A stretch of DNA of 53,874 bases. Source: Candidatus Shapirobacteria bacterium CG03_land_8_20_14_0_80_40_19 (lineage in GTDB: Bacteria; Patescibacteriota; Microgenomatia; UM-FILTER-40-11). Positions 23,733-31,851 of this stretch are shown piece after piece. Made by a program: the position numbers and the translations under genes. Under the pieces are notes generated by a model. It had not been told where the DNA came from and ran no database searches. It saw only the letters and a program-made list of their open reading frames with translations. Numbering within the stretch: the stretch's first letter is position 1; each line of letters begins with the position of its first letter. Location: assembly GCA_002780305.1 (NCBI GenBank), contig PEVD01000019.1, forward strand, positions 1 through 53,874, written 5' to 3'.

Positions 23733-24215
23733 ATGAACGTCTTGGGGATAGATCCCGGTTTGGCTTCGGTTGGTTGGGCGGTCTTGAAATTTGATAAAGG
23801 CCTTTTTAAATTAATTGAATGCGGCTGTATCGAAACGGAAAAAGAGACCCCTTTTTCTTCGCGGCTGGGTATTATTTTTGAAGAAACAAAAAAACTTTCC
23901 GAAAAATTTGACCTGGATGTTTTGGCGGTGGAAGAACTTTATTTTGCCAAAAATGTCAAAACGGCAATTTCCGTCGCGCAGTGTTTGGGGGTGATTAAAC
24001 TGGCGGGATGTCTGCTAAAGTTGCCTGTTTTTGAATATACCCCCCTTAATGTTAAAATGACGATTACCGGATACGGCCGGGCGGAGAAGCGTCAGGTTGA
24101 AGCGATGGTCAAACAGACTTTGGGACTTAAAAACGGGATTAAGCACGGTCATGCTTCCGACGCGGTGGCAGTGGCTTTAACCCACTGCTTTACCAATCAA
24201 AAAATAAAAATATGA
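23733..24215 (+). CDS. ruvC: crossover junction endodeoxyribonuclease RuvC
   Basis: VLGIDPGLASVGWAV, the acidic catalytic residues (EELYF, HASDAVAVAL), and the ruvCAB gene order. Confidence 0.9.
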   Translation: MNVLGIDPGLASVGWAVLKFDKGLFKLIECGCIETEKETPFSSRLGIIFEETKKLSEKFDLDVLAVEELYFAKNVKTAISVAQCLGVIKLAGCLLKLPVFEYTPLNVKMTITGYGRAEKRQVEAMVKQTLGLKNGIKHGHASDAVAVALTHCFTNQKIKI

Positions 24216-24784
24216 TTTCAAAACTGTCAGGAAAAGTTACTTTTAAGGGTACCCATAAGATTGAAATTGATGTTAATGGGGTGGGTTACGAAGTCTTTGT
24301 TTCTGTCGGTGATTTGGATAAACTGAAGATCGGGGCTGAAGCGGAAATTTTTATTTACCACCATATTGCTGAGGATAAAAACGACTTGTATGGTTTTTTA
24401 AACCGGCAGGACCGGCTTGTTTTTGAAATGCTGATAGGCGTGTCGGGAGTTGGTCCAAGAACAGCCCAGAATATTTTCTCTATCGGCAGCGGAGAAAAAA
24501 TTTTGGGAGCGATTTCAAAGGCGGATGTTAATTTTTTTAAACAAGTTAAGGGTTTGGGGGGCAAGGGGGCGCAGAGAATTATTGTTGATTTAAAAGCTAA
24601 GGCCGGCTCGGTTGCGGATCTCGATTTTAACCTTGAAGCTGAAGATGAATCGGTTTTTGAAGCACTGCTTAACTTGGGTTTTATGAAAGGCGAAGCCCGG
24701 GGGGTTTTAACCAGCCTGCCGGAGGAGTTAAAGACAGAAAATGAAAAAATAAAATTTGCTCTTAGGCAATTGGGAAGAAAATAA
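24212..24784 (+). CDS. ruvA: Holliday junction branch migration complex subunit RuvA
   Basis: MISKLSGKV...GVGYEV, HhH motifs (GVSGVGPRTAQNI, VKGLGGKGAQRI). Confidence 0.9.
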   Translation: MISKLSGKVTFKGTHKIEIDVNGVGYEVFVSVGDLDKLKIGAEAEIFIYHHIAEDKNDLYGFLNRQDRLVFEMLIGVSGVGPRTAQNIFSIGSGEKILGAISKADVNFFKQVKGLGGKGAQRIIVDLKAKAGSVADLDFNLEAEDESVFEALLNLGFMKGEARGVLTSLPEELKTENEKIKFALRQLGRK

Positions 24785-24785
24785 A

Positions 24786-25808
24786 ATGAAAGATGCGGTT
24801 GACCCTAATGACCAGCCTGGTGAGGAAAAAATTGAGCAAAATTTGCGACCGCAAAAACTAACCGAATTTATCGGCCAGCCGGAATTAAAAAAACAACTGC
24901 GGATTTTTATTGCGGCAGCCAAGAAACGGCACCAGTCAATGGAACACCTGCTTTTTTACGGTCCGCCCGGTTTGGGAAAAACAACCCTTGCTTGTTTGCT
25001 GGCCAAAGAAATGGGGGTCAATATCCGCATCACTTCCGGCCCGGCTTTAGAGAGGGCAGGCGATCTGGCTTCAATCTTAACTTCACTGGAGGAAAGTGAT
25101 ATTTTTTTTATCGACGAAGTTCACCGTTTAAATAAGGTGGTTGAAGAAACACTTTATCCGGCGATGGAGGATTTTAGATTGGATATGGTGCTGGGAAAGG
25201 GGCCGGCGGCCAGAACTCTGCGTTTGGAATTAAACCATTTTACGATTGTGGCAGCGACGACGAGGATCGGTTTATTGTCGGCCCCGATGCGCGACCGCTT
25301 CGGCTTTGTCCAGAGAATTAATTTTTATAATAACGATGATTTGGAAAAAATTATTTTGCGTTCAGCGGAAATTCTGGGCATTGAAATAGACAAAGAAGCT
25401 TTGTCGGAAATTGCCAAAAGATCAAGGGGAACGCCGCGGGTGGCCAACCGGATTTTAAGAAGAGTAAGAGATTTTGCGGAAGTGGAAGCGGGCGGGAAAA
25501 TCACGCTGCCGGTGGCGAAAGAAGCGCTTAAACTGCTGGAAGTAGATGACTTCGGTTTGACCGATGCTGACCGTTTAATCCTTCGGTGTATTGCGGAAAA
25601 ACACGGGGGCGGTCCGATCGGGATTGAGACTCTGGCAGCTTCGGTCAGTGAAGACATCGGGACGATAGAGGAGGTTTATGAACCTTACCTAATGCAAATC
25701 GGCTTTTTAAAAAGAACTCCTCGGGGAAGAATGCTCACGGGTACCGCTTTTGAAGCTCTCGGATTGGTTGTCCCCAATAAAATTAAACAAGAACAATTTG
25801 AAATTTAA
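24786..25808 (+). CDS. ruvB: Holliday junction branch migration DNA helicase RuvB
   Basis: LRPQKLTEFIGQ, Walker A GPPGLGKTT, Walker B FIDEVHRL, and RGTPRVANRILRRVRDFA. Confidence 0.92.
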   Translation: MKDAVDPNDQPGEEKIEQNLRPQKLTEFIGQPELKKQLRIFIAAAKKRHQSMEHLLFYGPPGLGKTTLACLLAKEMGVNIRITSGPALERAGDLASILTSLEESDIFFIDEVHRLNKVVEETLYPAMEDFRLDMVLGKGPAARTLRLELNHFTIVAATTRIGLLSAPMRDRFGFVQRINFYNNDDLEKIILRSAEILGIEIDKEALSEIAKRSRGTPRVANRILRRVRDFAEVEAGGKITLPVAKEALKLLEVDDFGLTDADRLILRCIAEKHGGGPIGIETLAASVSEDIGTIEEVYEPYLMQIGFLKRTPRGRMLTGTAFEALGLVVPNKIKQEQFEI

Positions 25809-26451
25809 ATCTAAGAAATTATTTATTTTACTTCTTCTAATTTTTATTTTTGGGGCGGTTTATTTTTTGGGCAGTAAAATTGACTATAATTTAATCAGAG
25901 ATTACATTGAGAGAGCTGGAGTTCGGGGACCGGTTGTCTATATTTTGCTGACGTTAATTAGTTTTGTTTTTGCCCCCTTAAGCGGCACGCCGCTTTTCTT
26001 CGCCGGCTGGGTTCTTTTCGGTAAATATTTTCAAATTTATAATTTTATCGCCGCTTATGTTGGAATGCTGATTAACTTTTCGATTGCCCGTCGGTGGGGC
26101 AGAGAGAGGGTGGTGAAATTTGTCGGGGTTAAAAATATGGCGCAGGTCGATAAGTTTACCGAAAATTACGGCGAAAAAACCTTATTTCTTTTGCGCTTAT
26201 CCCAAGGTTATTTCCAGGATTTTCTTTCTTACGCTTTCGGCTTGACCAAAATAAAATTTTCCTCTTATGCCTTTATTTCCTTTCTGGCCCCCGTCCCCTG
26301 GCTGCTTTTCTGGCAGTTTTACGTCATTAAAAAAATTAGTAATTTAAGCGACCTGACGGTTTGGTTTGTGTGGTTAACAATCCCCATTTTTCTCGGCTCG
26401 ATTTTTATCCTGTCAAAAATGAAAAAAAAGATGCCAAAAACCGGCTTTTAG
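25750..26451 (+). CDS. TVP38/TMEM64 (DedA-related) family membrane protein
   Basis: Polytopic, with a VTT-domain-like core (FAPLSGTPLFFAGWVLFG...INFSIARRWGRE). The start is uncertain: the track start is a TTG overlapping ruvB, and another TTG at ~25798 is possible. Confidence 0.65.
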   Translation: MKLSDWLSPIKLNKNNLKFKSKKLFILLLLIFIFGAVYFLGSKIDYNLIRDYIERAGVRGPVVYILLTLISFVFAPLSGTPLFFAGWVLFGKYFQIYNFIAAYVGMLINFSIARRWGRERVVKFVGVKNMAQVDKFTENYGEKTLFLLRLSQGYFQDFLSYAFGLTKIKFSSYAFISFLAPVPWLLFWQFYVIKKISNLSDLTVWFVWLTIPIFLGSIFILSKMKKKMPKTGF

Positions 26452-26467
26452 ATTCATTTTGATATAG

Positions 26468-27291
26468 GCGAGACAGGCAATTGGCTGGCAAGGGGAAAAA
26501 ACAGAAGAACCCTTACCTTCTATTGTCCGTCTTCCGGAAAGTGTTTTTAGCTTAAGACATCCTTCGGCAGAAGAATTTATAAAAGAAACGCAAAACAACG
26601 TCGGGTTATTAGCCAGGCTGGTAGAGGAAAAACAAACAGATGCCGTTATTAACCCCGATCTTTCTTCACTCAGATGGTTTGGGGAAGCGGGAGAGCTTCC
26701 TTATTTTAAGCCTTCGAAACTTCTTTCTTTATTGAAAGCCCCGGAAAGTGATCTTGAGAACGGTTGGGTAGTTTTGGAAACAAGGACAAACAGCCCGGAA
26801 GCGGCCGACCGCATTTAAGAGAAACCCATATACATTTAAATAAAGAAGATATTGCCGCCTCTCTTTATCCTTGCTTGGAAAATTCGGAAAGGCAAGTAAG
26901 GATTTCTAATTTAGGATTGACGGTTTTAATGTTTTATGAATATTTGAATAGAATGCAAAAAATTGGTTTGCTTTTTGGAATGAAAGAGGAAGGATGTTTT
27001 AAAAATATAAGCAATTTAACTGAAGAGGGTGTAAAGAAGATAGTCGGAGAGCGGGGAAAAGAGTTGATCTTAAATGGTTATCGTTTTAGCCGTGATCAAA
27101 ATATTGGCCAGTTGGCGCTGGTCGTTTCAATTGCGGCCTTGGCTGGAAATCCTGAAGCGGGGGTGGTTGGACTGGAAAGGCATATGAATTGGGAAATATA
27201 TCGGCTTGCGAGAGAAGCAGGTTGTTTAACAGGAAATTTAAACAGCCTGGCAGATTTATTTAACCTGGTAACCTGCGGGGCTAAATATTAA
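26468..27291 (+). pseudogene. frameshifted or start-less hypothetical gene (two consecutive open frames)
   Basis: One frame is open over 26468-26818 with no ATG/GTG/TTG start that I can find. It overlaps a second frame, open over 26758-27291, whose track start is a TTG. A -1 shift within 26758-26818 would fuse them. Confidence 0.35.
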
Positions 27292-27371
27292 AATATCCCA
27301 AGTGGCTTCATCCCTTAATATTTCTTAGTTTTTCTTATTTTCTGTTACAATTTAACTTAGGATTTCCGCGT

Positions 27372-28193
27372 TTACCACCTCAACACATCTTTTTTATGAA
27401 GGTTTATTCCCGTTTTAATCATCGAAGTGATAAATGTAATAAGCATGATTAGGCAAAGAATGGCGATAGCAATGTCATATTGAGAAAACATCTGTCCCAA
27501 AACGGGAAAAGTGAAAGTCTTTGAAAAGTACATATATACGGCCAGCAAACTGATAATAATTCGAAATTCGGTTGGGCCAAGCAATCCAAAAGAAAGTTTA
27601 AAGGTGTTTTCTATAGATTTTAAGATCAGCACGTGAGTTTCTAGCGCTAAATATAGAGCCACCGTAATGAGGGCTAAATCTATGCGTAAATAACTGGAAT
27701 AGCCAAACCCAATACCGGCGACAATAACCGAGAGGGAATCTACGGTGTGGTCAATGTAATATCCATAATTTGGGCGTGTCTTTTTTCTGAATCTTGCGAG
27801 GCTGCCATCAAAGGAATCACCAAACCAATTTATAAAAAGACCGATTATAACCAGAGCCAGATACAGTTTTTCGGTTGAGCCAAGAATAAACCCTGCAGCG
27901 CAAATAAGAATACCTATAAAGCCAATTACCGTAAGATGGTCTGAGTTTATGTATGAAGGAATTCTCGGGCAAATGTATTCTTTTGCCTTTTCTTCGATTC
28001 TGGCGGTTATACCGGTGTTAATAGATTCGTGTTCGTCTCTTTTGTATTTTACTGCTTCGATCTGCAGATTTTCCAGCACGTTCTCTTTTACCCATTTCTT
28101 TATTACCGGTACTATTTGTTCGGAAAAAATCTCTTCAACTTCGTCTTCAAAGAAAAGCTCAAACATCCTATTTTTATTGCCATTAACGGTCAT
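27372..28193 (-). CDS. CDP-alcohol phosphatidyltransferase family protein
   Basis: GDSFDGSLARFRKKTRPNYGYYIDHTVD fits D-x2-DG-x2-AR-x8-G-x3-D-x3-D; multiple TM helices. Confidence 0.8.
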   Translation of the reverse strand: MTVNGNKNRMFELFFEDEVEEIFSEQIVPVIKKWVKENVLENLQIEAVKYKRDEHESINTGITARIEEKAKEYICPRIPSYINSDHLTVIGFIGILICAAGFILGSTEKLYLALVIIGLFINWFGDSFDGSLARFRKKTRPNYGYYIDHTVDSLSVIVAGIGFGYSSYLRIDLALITVALYLALETHVLILKSIENTFKLSFGLLGPTEFRIIISLLAVYMYFSKTFTFPVLGQMFSQYDIAIAILCLIMLITFITSMIKTGINLHKKDVLRW

Positions 28194-28262
28194 ATTCTCT
28201 AATTATACAGAAACGTAGACTATAAAACGAGCATGGTTTTACACCCTTTCTACCGGATAGCT

Positions 28263-28688
28263 TCATCTTTCTAGTTTGACGCATTTTTCTTCAAAAATTA
28301 TTTTTTTAAATTTGTTGAAAAACCCATCTCTTCCTAACAGGGGAACCGAGATTTCGTAAGAAAAATCGATTTGCGTATCAAAACTTATAGTTTGAAGAAG
28401 ACATTTAACATTATGCGTATAAGCGTTAACGACGATTGTCCCAATTCCTCTAGTTGATTGAATCTGCCCCTTTTTAACTTTAATATTTAATCTTTCCGCA
28501 AAAAAAGCCGGAAACAAATTTCTCTCCGATCCGGAATCTATGAGGGCGTTAATCGGATTGGGGAATATTTGGTGGCAATAACTTATTCTTACGGGGATAA
28601 AAGGATAAAAAATTTGTTTGGTTATTTTTCCTGATTTAGGATCTTGTTTTGGGTGAAAAAGATATGGGTAGACGATGATAGACATCAA
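28263..28688 (-). CDS. retropepsin-like (clan AA) aspartic protease
   Basis: INALIDSGSERNLFP carries the D-S/T-G-A/S active-site signature. Downstream G.G..V and VPLLGRDGFF resemble the flap and dimer-interface regions of bacterial and archaeal retropepsin-like proteins. Confidence 0.6.
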   Translation of the reverse strand: MMSIIVYPYLFHPKQDPKSGKITKQIFYPFIPVRISYCHQIFPNPINALIDSGSERNLFPAFFAERLNIKVKKGQIQSTRGIGTIVVNAYTHNVKCLLQTISFDTQIDFSYEISVPLLGRDGFFNKFKKIIFEEKCVKLER

Positions 28689-28894
28689 GGTGCAAAAACC
28701 TGATCAAAAGGCAGTACTTTAGTATAAATCGAATTTTTATCGTTAGCCTTTGCTAATTTCTTTTCAAGCTGTTCAAGCGTTTTAGCAGAAGCATTAACTT
28801 TTTTTCCGTCTACACTTAACGCCACCCATTTGTTTTCGTATGGGGTGAGAATATTTGAAATATCTTTGGGTTTCGGAAAGCTTTTTTGTTTCAT
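28685..28894 (-). CDS. small DUF5678-like partner protein of the aspartic protease
   Basis: The YENKWVALSVDGKKVNASAKTLEQLEKKL pattern. Its stop overlaps the protease ATG (ATGA). ATG 28894 is preferred because a TATAAT box lies 6 nt upstream; the track start at 28909 is a GTG. Confidence 0.45.
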   Translation of the reverse strand: MKQKSFPKPKDISNILTPYENKWVALSVDGKKVNASAKTLEQLEKKLAKANDKNSIYTKVLPFDQVFAP

Positions 28895-28900
28895 AAGGGT

Positions 28901-28906
28901 ATTATA
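28901..28906 (-). promoter_or_regulatory. -10 box (TATAAT) 6 nt upstream of the small-partner ATG
   Basis: Minus strand reads GTGTATAAT-ACCCTT-ATG. Confidence 0.4.
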
Positions 28907-28926
28907 CACTTTGGTTTAATAAAACT

Positions 28927-29442
28927 TCAATAATAATAAAGAGCTTGCTTGAGCACTTTGATTGTTTCCGGTGTTAAGGGAGAACCTGCCGGTTTATTGA
29001 TTTCTTCTCCCACGATTTGGCAAATTCTTTGCATCGTTTCGGTGAAATTAATTTCGTTAGGTAAATTCTTGGGTATTTCAACAGACGAAAATTGTGACAA
29101 TAAAGAATAAGACTCTTTTTTACCAGGTACTCTCTCTTTTCCACGATATTGATAAGAAAAGGTGATTATGCTTTCCTTGTCAGGTGCTTTTTTATCGGCA
29201 AAGATTGCTGATTCGGTTGGCGCCTCTAGAAAGAAATGAGCCATAAGGGGGAAGAAGTATCCAGCGTCTTCTTTAATATATTTTCTTGCACGAAGTTCTA
29301 TCCAACATCCCCTGCCTAAGCCTTTCCACACGGTTAATCGGTCGCCCCGACTTTCTTTCTGCCAATTTCCCTTTCTTTTTAACATTAAAATAATTTCCTC
29401 TACCGCTTGCCAAGGATCATTTGGATTTACTCTTTCCGTCAT
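28927..29442 (-). CDS. hypothetical protein
   Basis: 171-aa ORF with ATG start; no recognisable motif. Confidence 0.45.
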   Translation of the reverse strand: MTERVNPNDPWQAVEEIILMLKRKGNWQKESRGDRLTVWKGLGRGCWIELRARKYIKEDAGYFFPLMAHFFLEAPTESAIFADKKAPDKESIITFSYQYRGKERVPGKKESYSLLSQFSSVEIPKNLPNEINFTETMQRICQIVGEEINKPAGSPLTPETIKVLKQALYYY

Positions 29443-29492
29443 TTATTCCTGATAATACATTAATGTTTTGTCTTGTCAATTCCGTATCTAAA

Positions 29493-29515
29493 GGGATAGT
29501 GAGAACGCAAAGCTG
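29493..29515. repeat. 23-nt direct repeat, copy A (GGGATAGTGAGAACGCAAAGCTG)
   Basis: 21/23 identical to 31173-31195. Lies 22 nt upstream of ATG 29538. Confidence 0.5.
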
Positions 29516-29525
29516 CTATAATCTA

Positions 29526-29531
29526 TATAAT
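29526..29531 (+). promoter_or_regulatory. -10 box (TATAAT) 6 nt upstream of the hydrolase ATG
   Basis: TATAAT-AAAAAA-ATG. Confidence 0.4.
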
Positions 29532-29537
29532 AAAAAA

Positions 29538-30044
29538 ATGGACACATTGATTGTTCCCGGATTTTCATTAAAAAATAAAGATTGGGCAGAGGAGGTTCAA
29601 AGAAATCTAATGCCAATTAATTCAAGGATTCATTATTGGTCTCATTGGGAAACCGGACAGGCAGAGGACAGTTGGGTTGGTAAAGAAACAAAAGAGATAA
29701 TTAGTCACGAGAATCTAATCATTAACATAATTGCCAAATCAATAGGAACCCTGGTGGCAATGAAAATTTTAAAATTGAAGCTGAAACTAATAAACAGAAT
29801 TATTTTATGTGGTATCCCGCTGAATGATTTTCACCCGGGGGATAAGGAATTTTATGAAGCATTAAAATTATTAGACGAGAAAAATATATTATGCATTCAA
29901 AACGAAAATGACAACCACGGGACTTTTTTCGATGTGGAAAAATTTGTCCACGCGATTAATCCTAATATTAAAATTATTTCCAAACCCCGTTCCGATCACG
30001 AGTACCCTTATTTTGAAGATTTCGCTGTGTTCTTGAAAAATTAA
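29538..30044 (+). CDS. small alpha/beta-fold hydrolase candidate
   Basis: The first ATG of track ORF 29421..30044 gives MDTLIVPGF.... Nucleophile-elbow-like AKSIG, then a later Asp (NENDNH) and His (SDHEYP), in the expected order. Confidence 0.5.
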   Translation: MDTLIVPGFSLKNKDWAEEVQRNLMPINSRIHYWSHWETGQAEDSWVGKETKEIISHENLIINIIAKSIGTLVAMKILKLKLKLINRIILCGIPLNDFHPGDKEFYEALKLLDEKNILCIQNENDNHGTFFDVEKFVHAINPNIKIISKPRSDHEYPYFEDFAVFLKN

Positions 30045-30592
30045 AGTGAAGCAATATATTTTGCCATTTTTTCGTAATATCTGGCCCAAATGGGAATCCT
30101 TTCTTCATATGGATACTCGGCAAAAGTTCTCGTTTCCCCTTTGAATTTTAGGAATTTATCCCAAGGTTGAATAAAGACTTGATCTCCGATTAAACTTTCG
30201 TTAACTTCAATCTCGTATCTTTCAACAAAAGTAACTGGTTCCTTGCCTGGTTCCCCAAAAGAAATAGCGCATTCAAAATACCCGCTTCTGTCTTTGAAAG
30301 GTTTTAGAATTTCCAGTAATTTTTCCGGTGGAACTGTTTTTTCCAAGTATGTAGTAAAAGGTCCCGGAAAACCTAAGGCGTTAATATATAGGGAAGCATC
30401 TTCTCTGACAATAGGTATTTTTAACTCGTTTGAAGCTTGAATTACGGTATACTCGGCAACTTCCTTACTGGTGGCCGCTTGAATTTCGGGATAATCCTTA
30501 TCTATAAATTCATACTCTATCCCGTATTTCGGAAAAACAAAATCAACAATTTTTATTTTACCTTTATTTCTGGTGATTACTCCGACTTTCAT
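30041..30592 (-). CDS. Ham1/RdgB-family non-canonical purine NTP pyrophosphatase-like protein
   Basis: YPEIQ, EVAEY, VREDASLYINALGFPGPFTTY and RTFAEYPYEER align with the archaeal/bacterial Ham1 pattern (YPEIQ..., VEDSG..V.ALNGFPG.YS, KTFAEM..EEK). Confidence 0.65.
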   Translation of the reverse strand: MKVGVITRNKGKIKIVDFVFPKYGIEYEFIDKDYPEIQAATSKEVAEYTVIQASNELKIPIVREDASLYINALGFPGPFTTYLEKTVPPEKLLEILKPFKDRSGYFECAISFGEPGKEPVTFVERYEIEVNESLIGDQVFIQPWDKFLKFKGETRTFAEYPYEERIPIWARYYEKMAKYIASL

Positions 30593-30599
30593 AAGTAAA

Positions 30600-30605
30600 A
30601 TTATA
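30600..30605 (-). promoter_or_regulatory. -10 box (TATAAT) 7 nt upstream of the Ham1-like ATG
   Basis: Minus strand reads GGTTATAAT-TTTACTT-ATG. Confidence 0.4.
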
Positions 30606-30668
30606 ACCCAAAATCTATTAAAATTGGGGCGTAAGTCTCAGTATATGGTTTCTATATAATTTTCTTGA

Positions 30669-30674
30669 TAAAAT
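30669..30674 (+). promoter_or_regulatory. -10 box (TAAAAT) 6 nt upstream of ATG 30681
   Basis: GATAAAAT-GCAGAA-ATG. Confidence 0.4.
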
Positions 30675-30680
30675 GCAGAA

Positions 30681-31199
30681 ATGGTAAATGAAACAAATTG
30701 GCAAGAAGTAAGGAACCAGTTTGAGAAAGAGATAGTGGATAAATTGAAGGGATTGCCAGGACACGGAGAGGTTTCTAAAAATCTTTTTGAATTTAGGTCA
30801 ATGATTTCTCATGAGATGCCAGAAACTGCACCCAAAGAATTGTTTCAAAAGCTGATTAAAATCTTGTTGCTCGGGAAGAAAGTTGATTTAGAAAGCGTAA
30901 AGAAAAAATATCTATCCTCAGAACTAAGGGAAGAGGAGCAGCTTATTAAAAGGCATTCAGTTAAGTTTAGTGAATTACAAAAATCAGCCGCAAATTGGGT
31001 GCAGTCTAATTTGTCTGAAGAAGAGTTACAAATGCAGTGGAAAAATCACGAGACATGGCTTCCAAGAAGACATACGATTTACAAAAATCCAGATTTGCCA
31101 TTTCAAAAAATAGCCAGAGATACTTTAGCTAGGTTTTGTTTAATTAAGGAGGTGTCAAGTAAACTTTCTGTTGGGATAGTGGGAACGCAAAGCCGTTAG
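30681..31199 (+). CDS. hypothetical protein
   Basis: 172-aa ORF, helical and charged, with no recognisable motif. Its last 8 codons contain direct-repeat copy B. Confidence 0.45.
   Translation: MVNETNWQEVRNQFEKEIVDKLKGLPGHGEVSKNLFEFRSMISHEMPETAPKELFQKLIKILLLGKKVDLESVKKKYLSSELREEEQLIKRHSVKFSELQKSAANWVQSNLSEEELQMQWKNHETWLPRRHTIYKNPDLPFQKIARDTLARFCLIKEVSSKLSVGIVGTQSR
31173..31195. repeat. 23-nt direct repeat, copy B (GGGATAGTGGGAACGCAAAGCCG)
   Basis: 21/23 identical to 29493-29515. Confidence 0.5.
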
Positions 31200-31329
31200 G
31201 CCTTGAGTTTATCGAAAGGCTACCTTTTGAACTTACATTGTTAAACCAATTATGATATAACATTTTTAAGAAGAAGCTAAGAAACCCCACACCAACTCAC
31301 TATTTTTTTGGAATATAATCAGGATAGAA

Positions 31330-31752
31330 ATGGAAAAGAAACCAAAACCAATCTTTGTTACCAAAAACTTTAATCTTGCTTCGTGGAAAAATAAAAAGGT
31401 AAATATATACCTGAATGCTAAAGGTGAGATTTTTTGCGAGAGCTTCAATATAAAAGATTACAGTAGAGACAGGAGATATAGACGCATGTATTGGTTCACG
31501 AAAGGTTATTTAGACAAGAAAAGAAAGAAGTATGATATTAATAATATTTTTTACATGACAATAGGGGATTTGCGGTGGATTATGTGGAAGAAAGATGTAA
31601 AATTTATCTCGCGAGATAGAATTGAGGAAATTGTTCATTGGGAAAACCAAATTGGTCATATCAAAGATGACATTATTGAAAGAGTTAAAAAATACATCGA
31701 AAACCAAATATATAAGGAAAGGATAGGAGAAGGTAAGAAACTTAATAGTTAG
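31330..31752 (+). CDS. hypothetical basic protein
   Basis: 140-aa ORF, Lys/Arg/Trp-rich. TATAAT at 31314-31319; no recognisable family. Confidence 0.4.
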   Translation: MEKKPKPIFVTKNFNLASWKNKKVNIYLNAKGEIFCESFNIKDYSRDRRYRRMYWFTKGYLDKKRKKYDINNIFYMTIGDLRWIMWKKDVKFISRDRIEEIVHWENQIGHIKDDIIERVKKYIENQIYKERIGEGKKLNS

Positions 31753-31836
31753 TAGTTTTTTAGTAGTTTTATGGGTTCAGATTTTCAAGGTGTAAATACT
31801 TCACACCTCCGGTATTTTATCAGTAAATAATTTTTC

Positions 31837-31845
31837 TGTTATAAT
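31837..31845 (+). promoter_or_regulatory. extended -10 (TGtTATAAT) 6 nt upstream of the ychF ATG
   Basis: TGTTATAAT-TTAGCC-ATG; no SD. Confidence 0.45.
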
Positions 31846-31851
31846 TTAGCC

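Noticed and set aside
26413-26598. 61-aa minus-strand ORF at the TVP38 3' end.
   Set aside because: It overlaps the end of the TVP38 gene and the start-less plus-strand frame, and it has no supporting signals.
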